DNA from: a virus
Lineage: Duplodnaviria > Caudoviricetes
IMG/VR virus record: IMGVR_UViG_3300048998_000237
Coordinates: 1-47,611 of that record
Length of the DNA: 47,611 nt
Reading direction: 5' to 3' (one strand)
In this document: positions 26,189 to 34,312 of the stretch, in pieces
Position numbering within the stretch: the first letter of the stretch is position 1
Layout of the letters: every line of letters starts with the position of its first letter
Position numbers and translations under genes: made by a program
Notes under the pieces: generated by a model
The model's database searches: none
The model's input: the letters and a program-made list of their open reading frames with translations, nothing else
Told to the model about the DNA's origin: nothing

Positions 26189-27028
26189 TCAGCTGGGGAT
26201 GAGCCCATCGAAGAAGCTGTTGCGCTCAAGCGCGTCGAAGCGATCGCAGTCCCAGCACTTCTCCTTCAGCCCCGCCTGCGCCGCCGTCTTCTGGCGCTCG
26301 ATCAGCGCCTCCCAGCCGACGATCTCCGCGATCGCCTGGAACTGCTCGCACCGGGCGATCGCGTCGAGGGCGACCTGGCGGTCGTAGCGCATCAGCACCG
26401 GCCGTGCCGCGTCCAGCTCCGCGTCCCGCGGGAGTGCGTAGAGCAGCAGGTGCGACACCGGCAGACCGATCTGCTCGTAGCCCAGCCCGTAGACGTTCAT
26501 CTGCACGTAGTACGTGCGGCTGATCTCGCCCTTGCCGGTCTTCTCAGCGATCTTCTTCGTGCCTTGGAACTTCCAGTCGTCGACGATGCCGAACGCGGCA
26601 CCGTTGTGGATGCCGCCCTCGACGTACATGTCACTGTTCCCGCCGAGCCAATCGCGGATCTGCAGGCGCCGCTCGAGGTGGTAGTGCGGGGCCTGCGGGG
26701 TGGGCGTCAGCCCTTTGGGGATCGGGTGGATCTTCCCAAAATGCTCCTCGAGCCCGGAGTGCCCGAATGTGCCGATCTGCGCGAGCCAGTTGCTCGAGTC
26801 CGGCAGCTCCGGTGCGTACAGGCCGGACAGCTTCCGGCACAGGCACTTGTCGCACTCAGTGCCGATCTCGGAGATGCCGATGTGCCGCTGCTTCGAGCGC
26901 TCCGTCTGCATCACCGAGGTGATGTCGGCGTGCAGCGAGTACACCATCTCCACCGCCCAGTGGTCAGCTTCCGACTCCACCGGCATCTTGATGACGGGGA
27001 CGAACTTCGCCTTCTTGCCCCACGCCAT
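26189..27028 (-). CDS. Cas4-like PD-(D/E)xK exonuclease, 279 aa
   Basis: IGISEIGTECDKC, GTFGH, GNSD, DDWK, QMNVYGLG and a C-terminal CWDC. Confidence 0.85.
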   Translation of the reverse strand: MAWGKKAKFVPVIKMPVESEADHWAVEMVYSLHADITSVMQTERSKQRHIGISEIGTECDKCLCRKLSGLYAPELPDSSNWLAQIGTFGHSGLEEHFGKIHPIPKGLTPTPQAPHYHLERRLQIRDWLGGNSDMYVEGGIHNGAAFGIVDDWKFQGTKKIAEKTGKGEISRTYYVQMNVYGLGYEQIGLPVSHLLLYALPRDAELDAARPVLMRYDRQVALDAIARCEQFQAIAEIVGWEALIERQKTAAQAGLKEKCWDCDRFDALERNSFFDGLIPS

Positions 27029-27363
27029 CAGGCAGTCATCCTCTCGTCGGCGGCGATGATAGCGGCAGCGATGCGCTCAGCGAGTCGGCCGAAGGTGGAG
27101 AACCTGTAGGTCGAGTTCGTCGACATGATCGCGGTGTGCTTCAACATGTCGTCGATCGCGTCGAGCAGGTCCAGGTTGCCCGCGGTGCCGACGATCAGGG
27201 AGGGGTCACCCAGTACGCGAGCGATGTCGCCGGCGTCGCTGGTTACCCAGTTCCCCGACTTGCTCACCTGCCACGGCCCCGGAGTTGCGCTCTCGACCCA
27301 CTTCGCGAGCACGTCACGGGCGTGCTGGATGTCAGCCACGTCGTGCGCCTGCCGGTTAGCCAC
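27028..27363 (-). CDS. Hypothetical protein (ATPGPW motif, Ead/Ea22-like), 111 aa
   Basis: ATPGPW motif; TGATG-coupled to the Cas4-like gene. Confidence 0.65.
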   Translation of the reverse strand: MANRQAHDVADIQHARDVLAKWVESATPGPWQVSKSGNWVTSDAGDIARVLGDPSLIVGTAGNLDLLDAIDDMLKHTAIMSTNSTYRFSTFGRLAERIAAAIIAADERMTA

Positions 27364-28192
27364 GGCGCACCCGCCGGGAGATCAGGGTGGCGATGCCACC
27401 GAGGATCAGCAGCAGGCCGGCGAGGGCAGCGCCACCCCAGAGGTTCGTGCCGGTGTAGGCGAGCTGGTCAGTCGACGAAGACGTGGTCCGGCTGGTCGGC
27501 GACGAGGACGACGGGACGCTCGCGGCCGACGATGAGGAAGGCGTCGAACTGGGGGCCTGCGTCAGCGAGTTGGTCGGCGACGACGTCGAGGTCGGGCTCG
27601 ACGTGTCCGTCGGCGAGGACGTCGGCGTCGAGGTGGGCACCTCGGTAGGCGGCGTAGTCGTAGGCGGAGCCGTCGGCTCCTCCGTCTCGGAAGGCGTCGA
27701 AGCGGACGCCGTCGGCGTCTCCGAGGGGCCACCGGTTGACTCGGGTGCGGTGGGCGTCGAGCTCGGTGTGGTCGTGGGTGCGCATCGGTTCTCCTCCGGC
27801 GTGATCACGCGGTACGGTGCGCCGTCCACGGCGTCGTAGGCGAGGAACGCTCCGTCGTGGGCATACTGCAACGCGCCGGACTCCTTCAGCGTCAACCAAC
27901 TCACCCCCTTTTCGAGGGTCACTCGGTAGACGTCGATCTGGTACGCGGGGCCGCAGTACTCCGGCGAGCCGAGGTAGCTGTCGAACGCGTGCAGGTTCGC
28001 ACCCGGGGTGGAGGCAACGAACGGCTGCGGTGCGGTGAGGTCCGGGTAGCCGTCGTAGCGCCACGCGACGGTGACGTACGGCGACTCCGCGGCGACCGCC
28101 GGTACGGCAAGGCCCACCGTCAGCAGGCACGCGCCCAGTCCAGTCGCGACGCCGCCGGCGATCGTGCGCCGGCGGAACGTACGGGCGCTCAC
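27356..28192 (-). CDS. Secreted, sortase-anchored (LAxTG) cell-surface protein, 278 aa
   Basis: Signal peptide ending AVAA-E, a globular domain with two Cys, a Ser/Thr/Pro stalk, then LAYTG + TM + RRVRRG. Confidence 0.85.
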   Translation of the reverse strand: MSARTFRRRTIAGGVATGLGACLLTVGLAVPAVAAESPYVTVAWRYDGYPDLTAPQPFVASTPGANLHAFDSYLGSPEYCGPAYQIDVYRVTLEKGVSWLTLKESGALQYAHDGAFLAYDAVDGAPYRVITPEENRCAPTTTPSSTPTAPESTGGPSETPTASASTPSETEEPTAPPTTTPPTEVPTSTPTSSPTDTSSPTSTSSPTNSLTQAPSSTPSSSSAASVPSSSSPTSRTTSSSTDQLAYTGTNLWGGAALAGLLLILGGIATLISRRVRRG

Positions 28193-28617
28193 AGCCACGC
28201 CTGCTCTTCGGCGTCGGTGTCGGCGTCGGCGAGGAGCTTGGGGATTTTGCCCCACCGGATTCCGCTGTCGTTGAGCGCACGTGCCCGGTCGAGGTAGTCG
28301 GTCGCCTCGTCGGTGAACTCGAGGCCGTCGACGGCGATGCTCTGGAAGATCGCACCGTTGCGCTGGTCACGGGCGGAAGCGTCGGGGTTGCCCACGTACA
28401 CGTCCTCCGGGTCGCGCCAAAGGAGGTCGTCGATGCCCTTGCCGAGCTTCTCGAGGACACCGCCGACGACGCAGAGGCACGCGTTGTCGCCGTCCGGGCG
28501 CTGGTCGAAGTACTGCTGCGTGCGGTCGGTGCGGTCGGGTTCGGCGGCGCAGACGTCGGCGAGCAGCTGTTTCGCTTCGTCGAGGTCGATGACGCGGACG
28601 TCGGTGGTGGTGGTCAT
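28189..28617 (-). CDS. Hypothetical protein, 142 aa
   Basis: AAGGAG RBS; CLCVVGGVL motif common in actinophage hypothetical proteins. Confidence 0.75.
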   Translation of the reverse strand: MTTTTDVRVIDLDEAKQLLADVCAAEPDRTDRTQQYFDQRPDGDNACLCVVGGVLEKLGKGIDDLLWRDPEDVYVGNPDASARDQRNGAIFQSIAVDGLEFTDEATDYLDRARALNDSGIRWGKIPKLLADADTDAEEQAWL

Positions 28618-28656
28618 GTCCTGCTCCTTGCTCGGGGTTGGTAGATCAGTAACTTA

Positions 28657-30354
28657 TCAGATCGCCAGGGTGGCGTCCAGTGCGCCCTTCGGCAGCATCT
28701 TGCGAGCGAACTCGATGCCGCGCCCGCCGTCGTACATGCGGCGGGTCGCCTTGTACTTCTGGTCCACGATCTCGAGGATCGCCTGGTCGATCGTGTCCTC
28801 GCTGGCGAGCCTCCAGAACATCACCTGGTGATTGCGGCTCGCGCGGTGGATGCGGTCCTCCGCCTGCTCCATCTTGTCGGGGTCGTGAATCGACCCGATG
28901 AAGATCATGTCGTCGGCGGCGTCGAGGTTGATCGACACGCCGAGGAACCCGGAGAGCAGCACCACCCGCAGGTCGCCGTTCTGGAACGCGTCCTGGATGC
29001 GGAGCTTGTCCGGGGCGGACGTGTCACCGGTGAGCACCTCGCTGGCGATGCCAGCGTGCTCGAGCTCCTGCTGCAGCCACGTCAGCGTCTGCGTCAGGAA
29101 GTCGACCAGCACCACCTTGCCACCGCGGACGTCGAAATCCGTGCCAGCGACGTAGCCACGAGGAGCCATCCAGTCGAGCAGCCATGCGAGCTTGTTCGAC
29201 CCGTCCGGGCCGACGACGCGCGGCGTGCCGTGCGTGTGGGTGCCCGTCTCCGTCTCCGTGGTGACGTAGTCCCACGTGCACGTCGCCATCTGCCGCTGCC
29301 GCAGCGTGAACTGCAGCTTCAGGCCCTGCGCCTTCGCGCGGGACTGCTCGGTGTCTTCCGCTTCGAGGTCCTCCACCTGCGCGTCCATGTCGGCCAGCTG
29401 GTCGAGGTACGCGGACTGCTGCATCGGCGTCATCGGCAGGTCGATGCCGCCGTCCTCAGCCCACTGCTTCTCGGGCAGGCCGGCGAGCATCTCCGCCTTC
29501 GTGCGGCGGATCATCCGCTCCGCGTCGGTGCGGAGCCATTCCTCTTCGGAGCGGAGCTTGCCGACCATCGGTGCGATGACGTCGACCCAACCGCCGCGCG
29601 GATCCTTGCGGACGCCGACCTTCTCCTGGGTGACGACGAAATGCGTGCGAGCCCAGCCCCAGTAGTCGCGGTACAGCTCCGGGTAGAGGAACTTCCAGTG
29701 GCCGTACCGACGGCGGAGCTCGCCGCGATCCGGCGTGCCCGAGACGGAGATGCGCATGGAGTCCGCCGGCGCCGGCAGCAGCGTCAGGCCGCGCCAGAAC
29801 TGCGTCATCTTCTTCAGGTCGTCGGTGTCGGTGGGGAGCACGAGGTGGGACTCGTCGATGATGATCGCGTCCCAGCGGGCGCCGAACAGCGCCTGCATCT
29901 TCGGCTGCTGCCCCGGCTTCACGGCGAGCAGCTCGTAGTTGCCGACGGTAATCAGCGGCGCGTCGTCGTCGTCGGCTTCCATCAGCGCAGCGGCGAGCCG
30001 ATCGTCACGAGCCTGTACGGAGGGCATCGTCTTCTTCGAGCGGCCGTTGCGGTCGACGCCCGGGTTGGTCAGGTCAGCGAAGACGACGCGCGGGTACTGG
30101 CTGATGATGCGCTTGTGCACCTCGGGGGACCAGGTCAGCTGGCAGCCGGTGACGTTGCAAAGGATCAGGATGTTCGCGCGGCGCGCCAGCAGCCCGTTCA
30201 GCTCGAGCGCGACCATCGCCTGCGCCGTCTTGCCGGCACCCGGCTGGTCGGCGAGCAGGATCCGGCCCTGCTGCGCGATGCGCAGCGCACCGATGATCTG
30301 CGGCACCCGGAGTCCACCAGAACCATCCGAGTGGACGAACGTGTCGGCGATCAT
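28657..30354 (-). CDS. SNF2-family (SF2) DNA helicase, 565 aa
   Basis: LADQPGAGKT, IIIDESH, SGTP, SINLDAAD and QAEDRIHR; ATG 30354 has a GAAGGAG RBS and overlaps the HNH stop. Confidence 0.92.
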   Translation of the reverse strand: MIADTFVHSDGSGGLRVPQIIGALRIAQQGRILLADQPGAGKTAQAMVALELNGLLARRANILILCNVTGCQLTWSPEVHKRIISQYPRVVFADLTNPGVDRNGRSKKTMPSVQARDDRLAAALMEADDDDAPLITVGNYELLAVKPGQQPKMQALFGARWDAIIIDESHLVLPTDTDDLKKMTQFWRGLTLLPAPADSMRISVSGTPDRGELRRRYGHWKFLYPELYRDYWGWARTHFVVTQEKVGVRKDPRGGWVDVIAPMVGKLRSEEEWLRTDAERMIRRTKAEMLAGLPEKQWAEDGGIDLPMTPMQQSAYLDQLADMDAQVEDLEAEDTEQSRAKAQGLKLQFTLRQRQMATCTWDYVTTETETGTHTHGTPRVVGPDGSNKLAWLLDWMAPRGYVAGTDFDVRGGKVVLVDFLTQTLTWLQQELEHAGIASEVLTGDTSAPDKLRIQDAFQNGDLRVVLLSGFLGVSINLDAADDMIFIGSIHDPDKMEQAEDRIHRASRNHQVMFWRLASEDTIDQAILEIVDQKYKATRRMYDGGRGIEFARKMLPKGALDATLAI

Positions 30355-30818
30355 GCTGCTTGCTCCTTCTTCTTCGCGCGCTGGTAGCCGTTCGGTCGCT
30401 GACGATCGCGTTGGCGTCTGCATGTTCGACACTGCCGGTGTCCGCTTGCCTTATAGGTGTACGTGTTCTCGGGGGTGAAGTCGTGCCCGTTGATGCACGT
30501 CAAGCGATCGGTCGTCCCAATCCCTCGGGACAGGTTCACCCGTCGGGTGACAGGCTCGAGGTGGTCGGGGTTGACGCATCCCCGGTTCCGGCACAGGTGG
30601 TCCAGATCGATCTCGTCAGGCAGCTCGGCGTCGACCAGCTGCTTCCAGAGCCAACGGTGCGCTCGCATTCTGCGCGTGCCTCGGTGACTCGCGTCATAGG
30701 TGAAGTTGCCGTACCCGTCGTGCAGGGCGCCCGTCCACTGCCAGCACGATCCAGTCGGGTCGACGTGGGAGAAGAACCGGTCGAGCACTGGCATCGGCTT
30801 CGGTCCTGGCTTCGCCAT
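30351..30818 (-). CDS. HNH (homing-type) endonuclease with a C-terminal Zn ribbon, 155 aa
   Basis: CWQWTG...GYG...AHRW...LDHLCRNRGCVNPDHLEPVT..N followed by CINGH..ENTY..RQCRTC; AGGAG RBS. Confidence 0.9.
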   Translation of the reverse strand: MAKPGPKPMPVLDRFFSHVDPTGSCWQWTGALHDGYGNFTYDASHRGTRRMRAHRWLWKQLVDAELPDEIDLDHLCRNRGCVNPDHLEPVTRRVNLSRGIGTTDRLTCINGHDFTPENTYTYKASGHRQCRTCRRQRDRQRPNGYQRAKKKEQAA

Positions 30819-31011
30819 CGGTGTCTCCTGTTCGGTGTCGTGGTTGGGGTGGTGGTGCTGAGCCGGGCATGACCCCGGTGCCGCCTGCGCGGGCTCAGCT
30901 GGTAGTTGGGCGACGAGGGTCATCCCGGAGAACCGCTTTTGCGGAACCCGGCGCCCGACCAGCCCAGCGCCCTGGCCCTCGTTCTTACCTGGCTGTCCAG
31001 GCCCGTGCGCG

Positions 31012-31482
31012 TCAGCGCTTGTACTCGGAGCGGACCATCTGGGTCGGCTTCCAGTAGTGCGCGTGGGCTTCGATCGGCTTCCCGTTCGGGTCGGTGCGCG
31101 GGAACGCGGCCTTCACGTAGTTCGTGTCGATGCCGTAGCCGTCGATGACGTTGCGGTGGAACACCGGCGCGCCGTTGACGGTGAGGCGAGCGCCGTCGGG
31201 CGTGATCGCCTCGAGGGTCTTCGTGATGTCGGCGCGCGCCTTCGTCAGCGTGTTGATCTGCGCCTTCAGGCGTTCCGCTTCGATCCAGAGGACGTTGACG
31301 GTGTCGGGGTCGGAGGCTTCGACGTTCTCCGACTCGCCGGAGTCGTCGGTGGTGACGCCGAGGTTCTTCCGCGCTTCGGCGATGAGGTCGTCGAGGTTCG
31401 CGACGGGGGCAACGTCTTCGGGCTTGGACTCGAGCAGGGCGAGGGTGTCGGCGATCTGCTGGTCGGTGAAGTGCTGGGCCAT
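31012..31482 (-). CDS. Hypothetical protein, 156 aa
   Basis: Strong RBS and its own promoter; coiled-coil segment. Confidence 0.8.
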   Translation of the reverse strand: MAQHFTDQQIADTLALLESKPEDVAPVANLDDLIAEARKNLGVTTDDSGESENVEASDPDTVNVLWIEAERLKAQINTLTKARADITKTLEAITPDGARLTVNGAPVFHRNVIDGYGIDTNYVKAAFPRTDPNGKPIEAHAHYWKPTQMVRSEYKR

Positions 31483-31515
31483 GATGGCTCCTTCTCTCGT
31501 GGTTGGTGTGGAATC

Positions 31516-31544
31516 AGTATGTGTGCAGATCAGGATCTTGTCAA
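31516..31544 (-). promoter_or_regulatory. SigA-type promoter TTGACA-17-CATACT
   Basis: tgtcaa at 31539-31544 and agtatg at 31516-31521. Confidence 0.85.
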
Positions 31545-31562
31545 GTTATTTCTTTGCACGTT

Positions 31563-31832
31563 CTAGTCGAGCACGTAGCCCTTCGCCGCCATGACCGCGC
31601 GGTGCGTGCGCTCGAGCTGCGGCTTCACCTCATCGGCGATGCCCTGGATGGCGGTGAGGATGGCGAGCTCGTCGTCGGCGGCGTGCACGGTGCGGAGCGC
31701 GATCGGCACGCCCGGCTTCTTCAGCGACACCGTGACCTGCCCGTGACCGACCGCACGGACGTCGACCTCGAGGCTGATCTGGTACTGGCCGACCTGCACC
31801 ATCGGCGGCACGCTGGCGAACGGGTCACTCAC
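31563..31832 (-). CDS. Hypothetical protein, 89 aa
   Basis: GTGA-coupled start (VSDPFASV); 3' part of track ORF 31563..32036. Confidence 0.7.
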   Translation of the reverse strand: MSDPFASVPPMVQVGQYQISLEVDVRAVGHGQVTVSLKKPGVPIALRTVHAADDELAILTAIQGIADEVKPQLERTHRAVMAAKGYVLD

Positions 31833-32125
31833 AGCGACACCCGCGTCACCGTGTGCTCGCCGGCGGGGCCGCGCCAGCCGCAGCTCGAGCATCGCTGCCA
31901 GGGGGTGATATTGGTGATGTGCTTGGCGCAGCAGCGTGTGACGTGCCCGCAGGCGAGCAGCGACTCCTGCACCGCCGGCTTGCCGCACGGGCCCTCCACC
32001 GCGGTGCCGTCCGGGCGCCACAGCTGCGAGGTACACAGCTTCGGCGTGTCATCGCGGAGCTCGATCATCTCCGTCTCCTGTGACCAGCGCTCGATCGCCT
32101 CGAGCACGTCGGTGTCGGTGAACAT
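31829..32125 (-). CDS. Cys-rich (zinc-finger) hypothetical protein, 98 aa
   Basis: C...C...CGH...CC..H...CSSC; GGGAGG RBS. Confidence 0.7.
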   Translation of the reverse strand: MFTDTDVLEAIERWSQETEMIELRDDTPKLCTSQLWRPDGTAVEGPCGKPAVQESLLACGHVTRCCAKHITNITPWQRCSSCGWRGPAGEHTVTRVSL

Positions 32126-32400
32126 CAGCGGCCTCCCATCATCGTCTTCAGCAGCATCAGCAGCTGCTCGGGTTCTAGTCGGCGCGGCGCGCCGGGGATC
32201 AGGTCGAACTTGACCACGACGGCGTCGTCGCCGGGGATCGTGGAAGTGATCAGTGTGTGGGTGAGGTTCCGCAGCTTCGGGTGTGTCCAGCGGTGCGTGC
32301 CGTCGAGGGTTGCCTGCACGGGGCGAAACCCGAGGTCCCGCAGCCCCGTCTCGAGCCCCGGCGGCACCGGCAGGATCTTCCTGCCGTACGTGCTACTCAC
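32125..32400 (-). CDS. Hypothetical protein, possibly HicA-like fold, 91 aa
   Basis: LRDLGF......GTHRWTHP resembles HicA L..LGF....GSH....HP. Confidence 0.55.
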   Translation of the reverse strand: MSSTYGRKILPVPPGLETGLRDLGFRPVQATLDGTHRWTHPKLRNLTHTLITSTIPGDDAVVVKFDLIPGAPRRLEPEQLLMLLKTMMGGR

Positions 32401-32621
32401 AGTCGAACTCCTTCGGGCCAGGTGAATCCGGCAGCGGCGACCTCGCGCTCATACGTGGACTGCTTCGCGGACCAGCGGCCGGGGGATGAGTGCACGGTGA
32501 CGGCTTTGCCGGTGGCGGGGTTCTTGATCAGCCAGCCACCACCGGAGGTGCGTCGGGCGACGCCGCCCTGCGCTTCGAGCCCGCGGACCAGCCCGAGCAT
32601 GAACTTGCGGGGCAGGCCCAT
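32397..32621 (-). CDS. HicA-like (dsRBD-fold) protein, 74 aa
   Basis: LVRGLEAQG..ARRT..GWLIKNP....VTVHSSP.....AGFTWP, the actinophage HicA-like pattern. Confidence 0.6.
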   Translation of the reverse strand: MGLPRKFMLGLVRGLEAQGGVARRTSGGGWLIKNPATGKAVTVHSSPGRWSAKQSTYEREVAAAGFTWPEGVRL

Positions 32622-32896
32622 CAGGCGGCGCGCCTGCTGGGTCGGCGGGGCGCGTGTCCCCGGCTGGACGCGAACTCTTCTTCACGTCGTGCGCTCAGTC
32701 GAACGCGCAGCTCCTGCTCGCCGATGCGGTTCAGGCGGCGTACGAGCGAGTCGTACTGGACGCCGCAGTCAGTGGCGATCTCTGGTGTGCTGAAGCCGTG
32801 CTCGAGGTCCTCGGTGATCGTGCGGATCAGCTCGGGGGTGTCGAGCACCTGGTGATACGGCCGTTTGCCGGAGCCGAAATGCGAGGGGTTGGACAT
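32621..32896 (-). CDS. HTH DNA-binding protein, 91 aa
   Basis: GFSTPEIATDCGVQYDSLVRRL. Confidence 0.7.
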   Translation of the reverse strand: MSNPSHFGSGKRPYHQVLDTPELIRTITEDLEHGFSTPEIATDCGVQYDSLVRRLNRIGEQELRVRLSARREEEFASSRGHAPRRPSRRAA

Positions 32897-33030
32897 GGAT
32901 GTGCTCCTGGTTCGTGCGCTCGGGGGGTGGTGTGCTGTTACGCTTGGCCGGTCGGGTTCGCCCGGTCAGACTCCTTGCTCGGGGAGGTCTGCGAACGCCC
33001 TCGGTCCTACCACCGGGGGCGTTCGTCGTG

Positions 33031-33315
33031 TCAGGCGTCGTCGTCGGTGGCGGCGAAGACGCTGCGCGTGGCGGCGTGTCCGTTGGCCTGCGTGATCCAG
33101 TTGGCGTCGTAGCGGATGCGCGGTCGGCCGTTGGGCGCCGGCGAGGCCGTCTCGGTGACCAGCCCGTCGGCGAGCAGGCCCTTCACGCGCCAGGTTCGGA
33201 GCGTGGCGGGGATGACGCCGAGCCGCTTCGCTGCTTCCGTCTCGGAGATGAGCTCCACGGTGTCGTCGATGCTGCTGTCGGTGGGTGAGGTGGGAGCCTC
33301 GGTCGTGGGGGCCAT
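33031..33315 (-). CDS. MerR/excisionase-like HTH protein, 94 aa
   Basis: LISETEAAKRLGVIPATLRTWRVKG...RIRYD. Confidence 0.8.
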   Translation of the reverse strand: MAPTTEAPTSPTDSSIDDTVELISETEAAKRLGVIPATLRTWRVKGLLADGLVTETASPAPNGRPRIRYDANWITQANGHAATRSVFAATDDDA

Positions 33316-33343
33316 GATGGCTCCTTCCTGGGTTGATGTAATC

Positions 33344-33372
33344 AGTATGTGTGCTGATTAGCTAGTAGTCAA
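33344..33372 (-). promoter_or_regulatory. SigA-type promoter TTGACT-17-CATACT
   Basis: agtcaa at 33367-33372 and agtatg at 33344-33349; a 21-bp block is near-identical to 31513-31533. Confidence 0.85.
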
Positions 33373-33374
33373 GC

Positions 33375-33779
33375 CTAGTAGTTGATGCCGAGACTGCGAC
33401 GCACCGACGGCGGCAGCCGGTGCCACGGCGGTTCGTGGCCGTCCCGGTAGCGGTAGAAGTAGTCCTCCACGCCCACCCGGCTGAACGCCCGGATGTGCCC
33501 TCGGCCGCGCTTGCCCACCGAGATCCAGTCGAGCCGCCCACTGGCGCACGCACGGATGACCGTGGTGTGCCCTGCCGGGGCAGGCAGGCCACCGGCGCCC
33601 TCCGCACCGAGCAGCAGACGTAGCGCGTCGACGCTGAGGACGTACGTGCGGACGATCACCTCCGGCGCTGCCCGCAGCACCGGCTCGGACCATTCGGGGC
33701 GGAGCGACGCCGGGTCGATGACCTCGAGCGCGGCGGCGCTGATCGCGCCGCCCCGGGTGACGCCGCGCGGGGTCGGCAT
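33375..33779 (-). CDS. Hypothetical protein, 134 aa
   Basis: ATG 33779 overlaps the MTase stop (TGATG); GAAGGA RBS. Confidence 0.6.
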   Translation of the reverse strand: MPTPRGVTRGGAISAAALEVIDPASLRPEWSEPVLRAAPEVIVRTYVLSVDALRLLLGAEGAGGLPAPAGHTTVIRACASGRLDWISVGKRGRGHIRAFSRVGVEDYFYRYRDGHEPPWHRLPPSVRRSLGINY

Positions 33780-34312
33780 CAGAGTTCCTTCTGGCTTGTG
33801 TGCGTCCAGATAAGCAGGACACACCCGAATGGTGGACGGTCGCCCTTTGGTCCGATTACCGCATCTGGACGATCAAACCGCATTCGACCAGGCAGGAATT
33901 GCGTGCGCAACTGCACGTCGGTGCCGGTGATCAGTTGGTCACGGAATGGTTCAACGAGCTCCTGCCACCAACGCTGTTCCGGTCGATTCGCCGGTAGCAA
34001 CATGACGATGAGCTCGGCGTGTTCGATCTCCTGCCATGCCTTATCGACCCAGGAGTACAGGTCAGAGTAAGGCGGATTGCACCAGACGCGTTCACCTGCC
34101 CATGACTGGGTGAGCCCGTCATCGTCTCGGGTGAAGAATCGTGCACACTTCGCGTTGTGCGGTGCAGCGGCAACGTCCAGCGTGAACCCGAATCGCGCAT
34201 TCCAGGGATCGAAATACTCGGCACGGGTCCCTCGGTCGTCCACTGCATCACGCGCACCGCGCGTGCCGATCTGCTGGGGGTGGTTTTGTGCGCGGAACCC
34301 GGCGATGCTCAT
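33779..34312 (-). CDS. Phage DNA N6-adenine methyltransferase (Dam-like), 177 aa
   Basis: FGFTLDVAA...NAKC..FFT..DDGL.QSW.GERVWCNPPYS...VMLLPA...FLPGRMRF; TGATG-coupled start. Confidence 0.9.
   Translation of the reverse strand: MSIAGFRAQNHPQQIGTRGARDAVDDRGTRAEYFDPWNARFGFTLDVAAAPHNAKCARFFTRDDDGLTQSWAGERVWCNPPYSDLYSWVDKAWQEIEHAELIVMLLPANRPEQRWWQELVEPFRDQLITGTDVQLRTQFLPGRMRFDRPDAVIGPKGDRPPFGCVLLIWTHTSQKEL

Noticed and set aside
26189-27028. Cas4-like gene as a sign of a CRISPR-Cas system
   Set aside because: No other cas genes and no repeat-spacer array; solo Cas4-like nucleases are common in phage replication modules.
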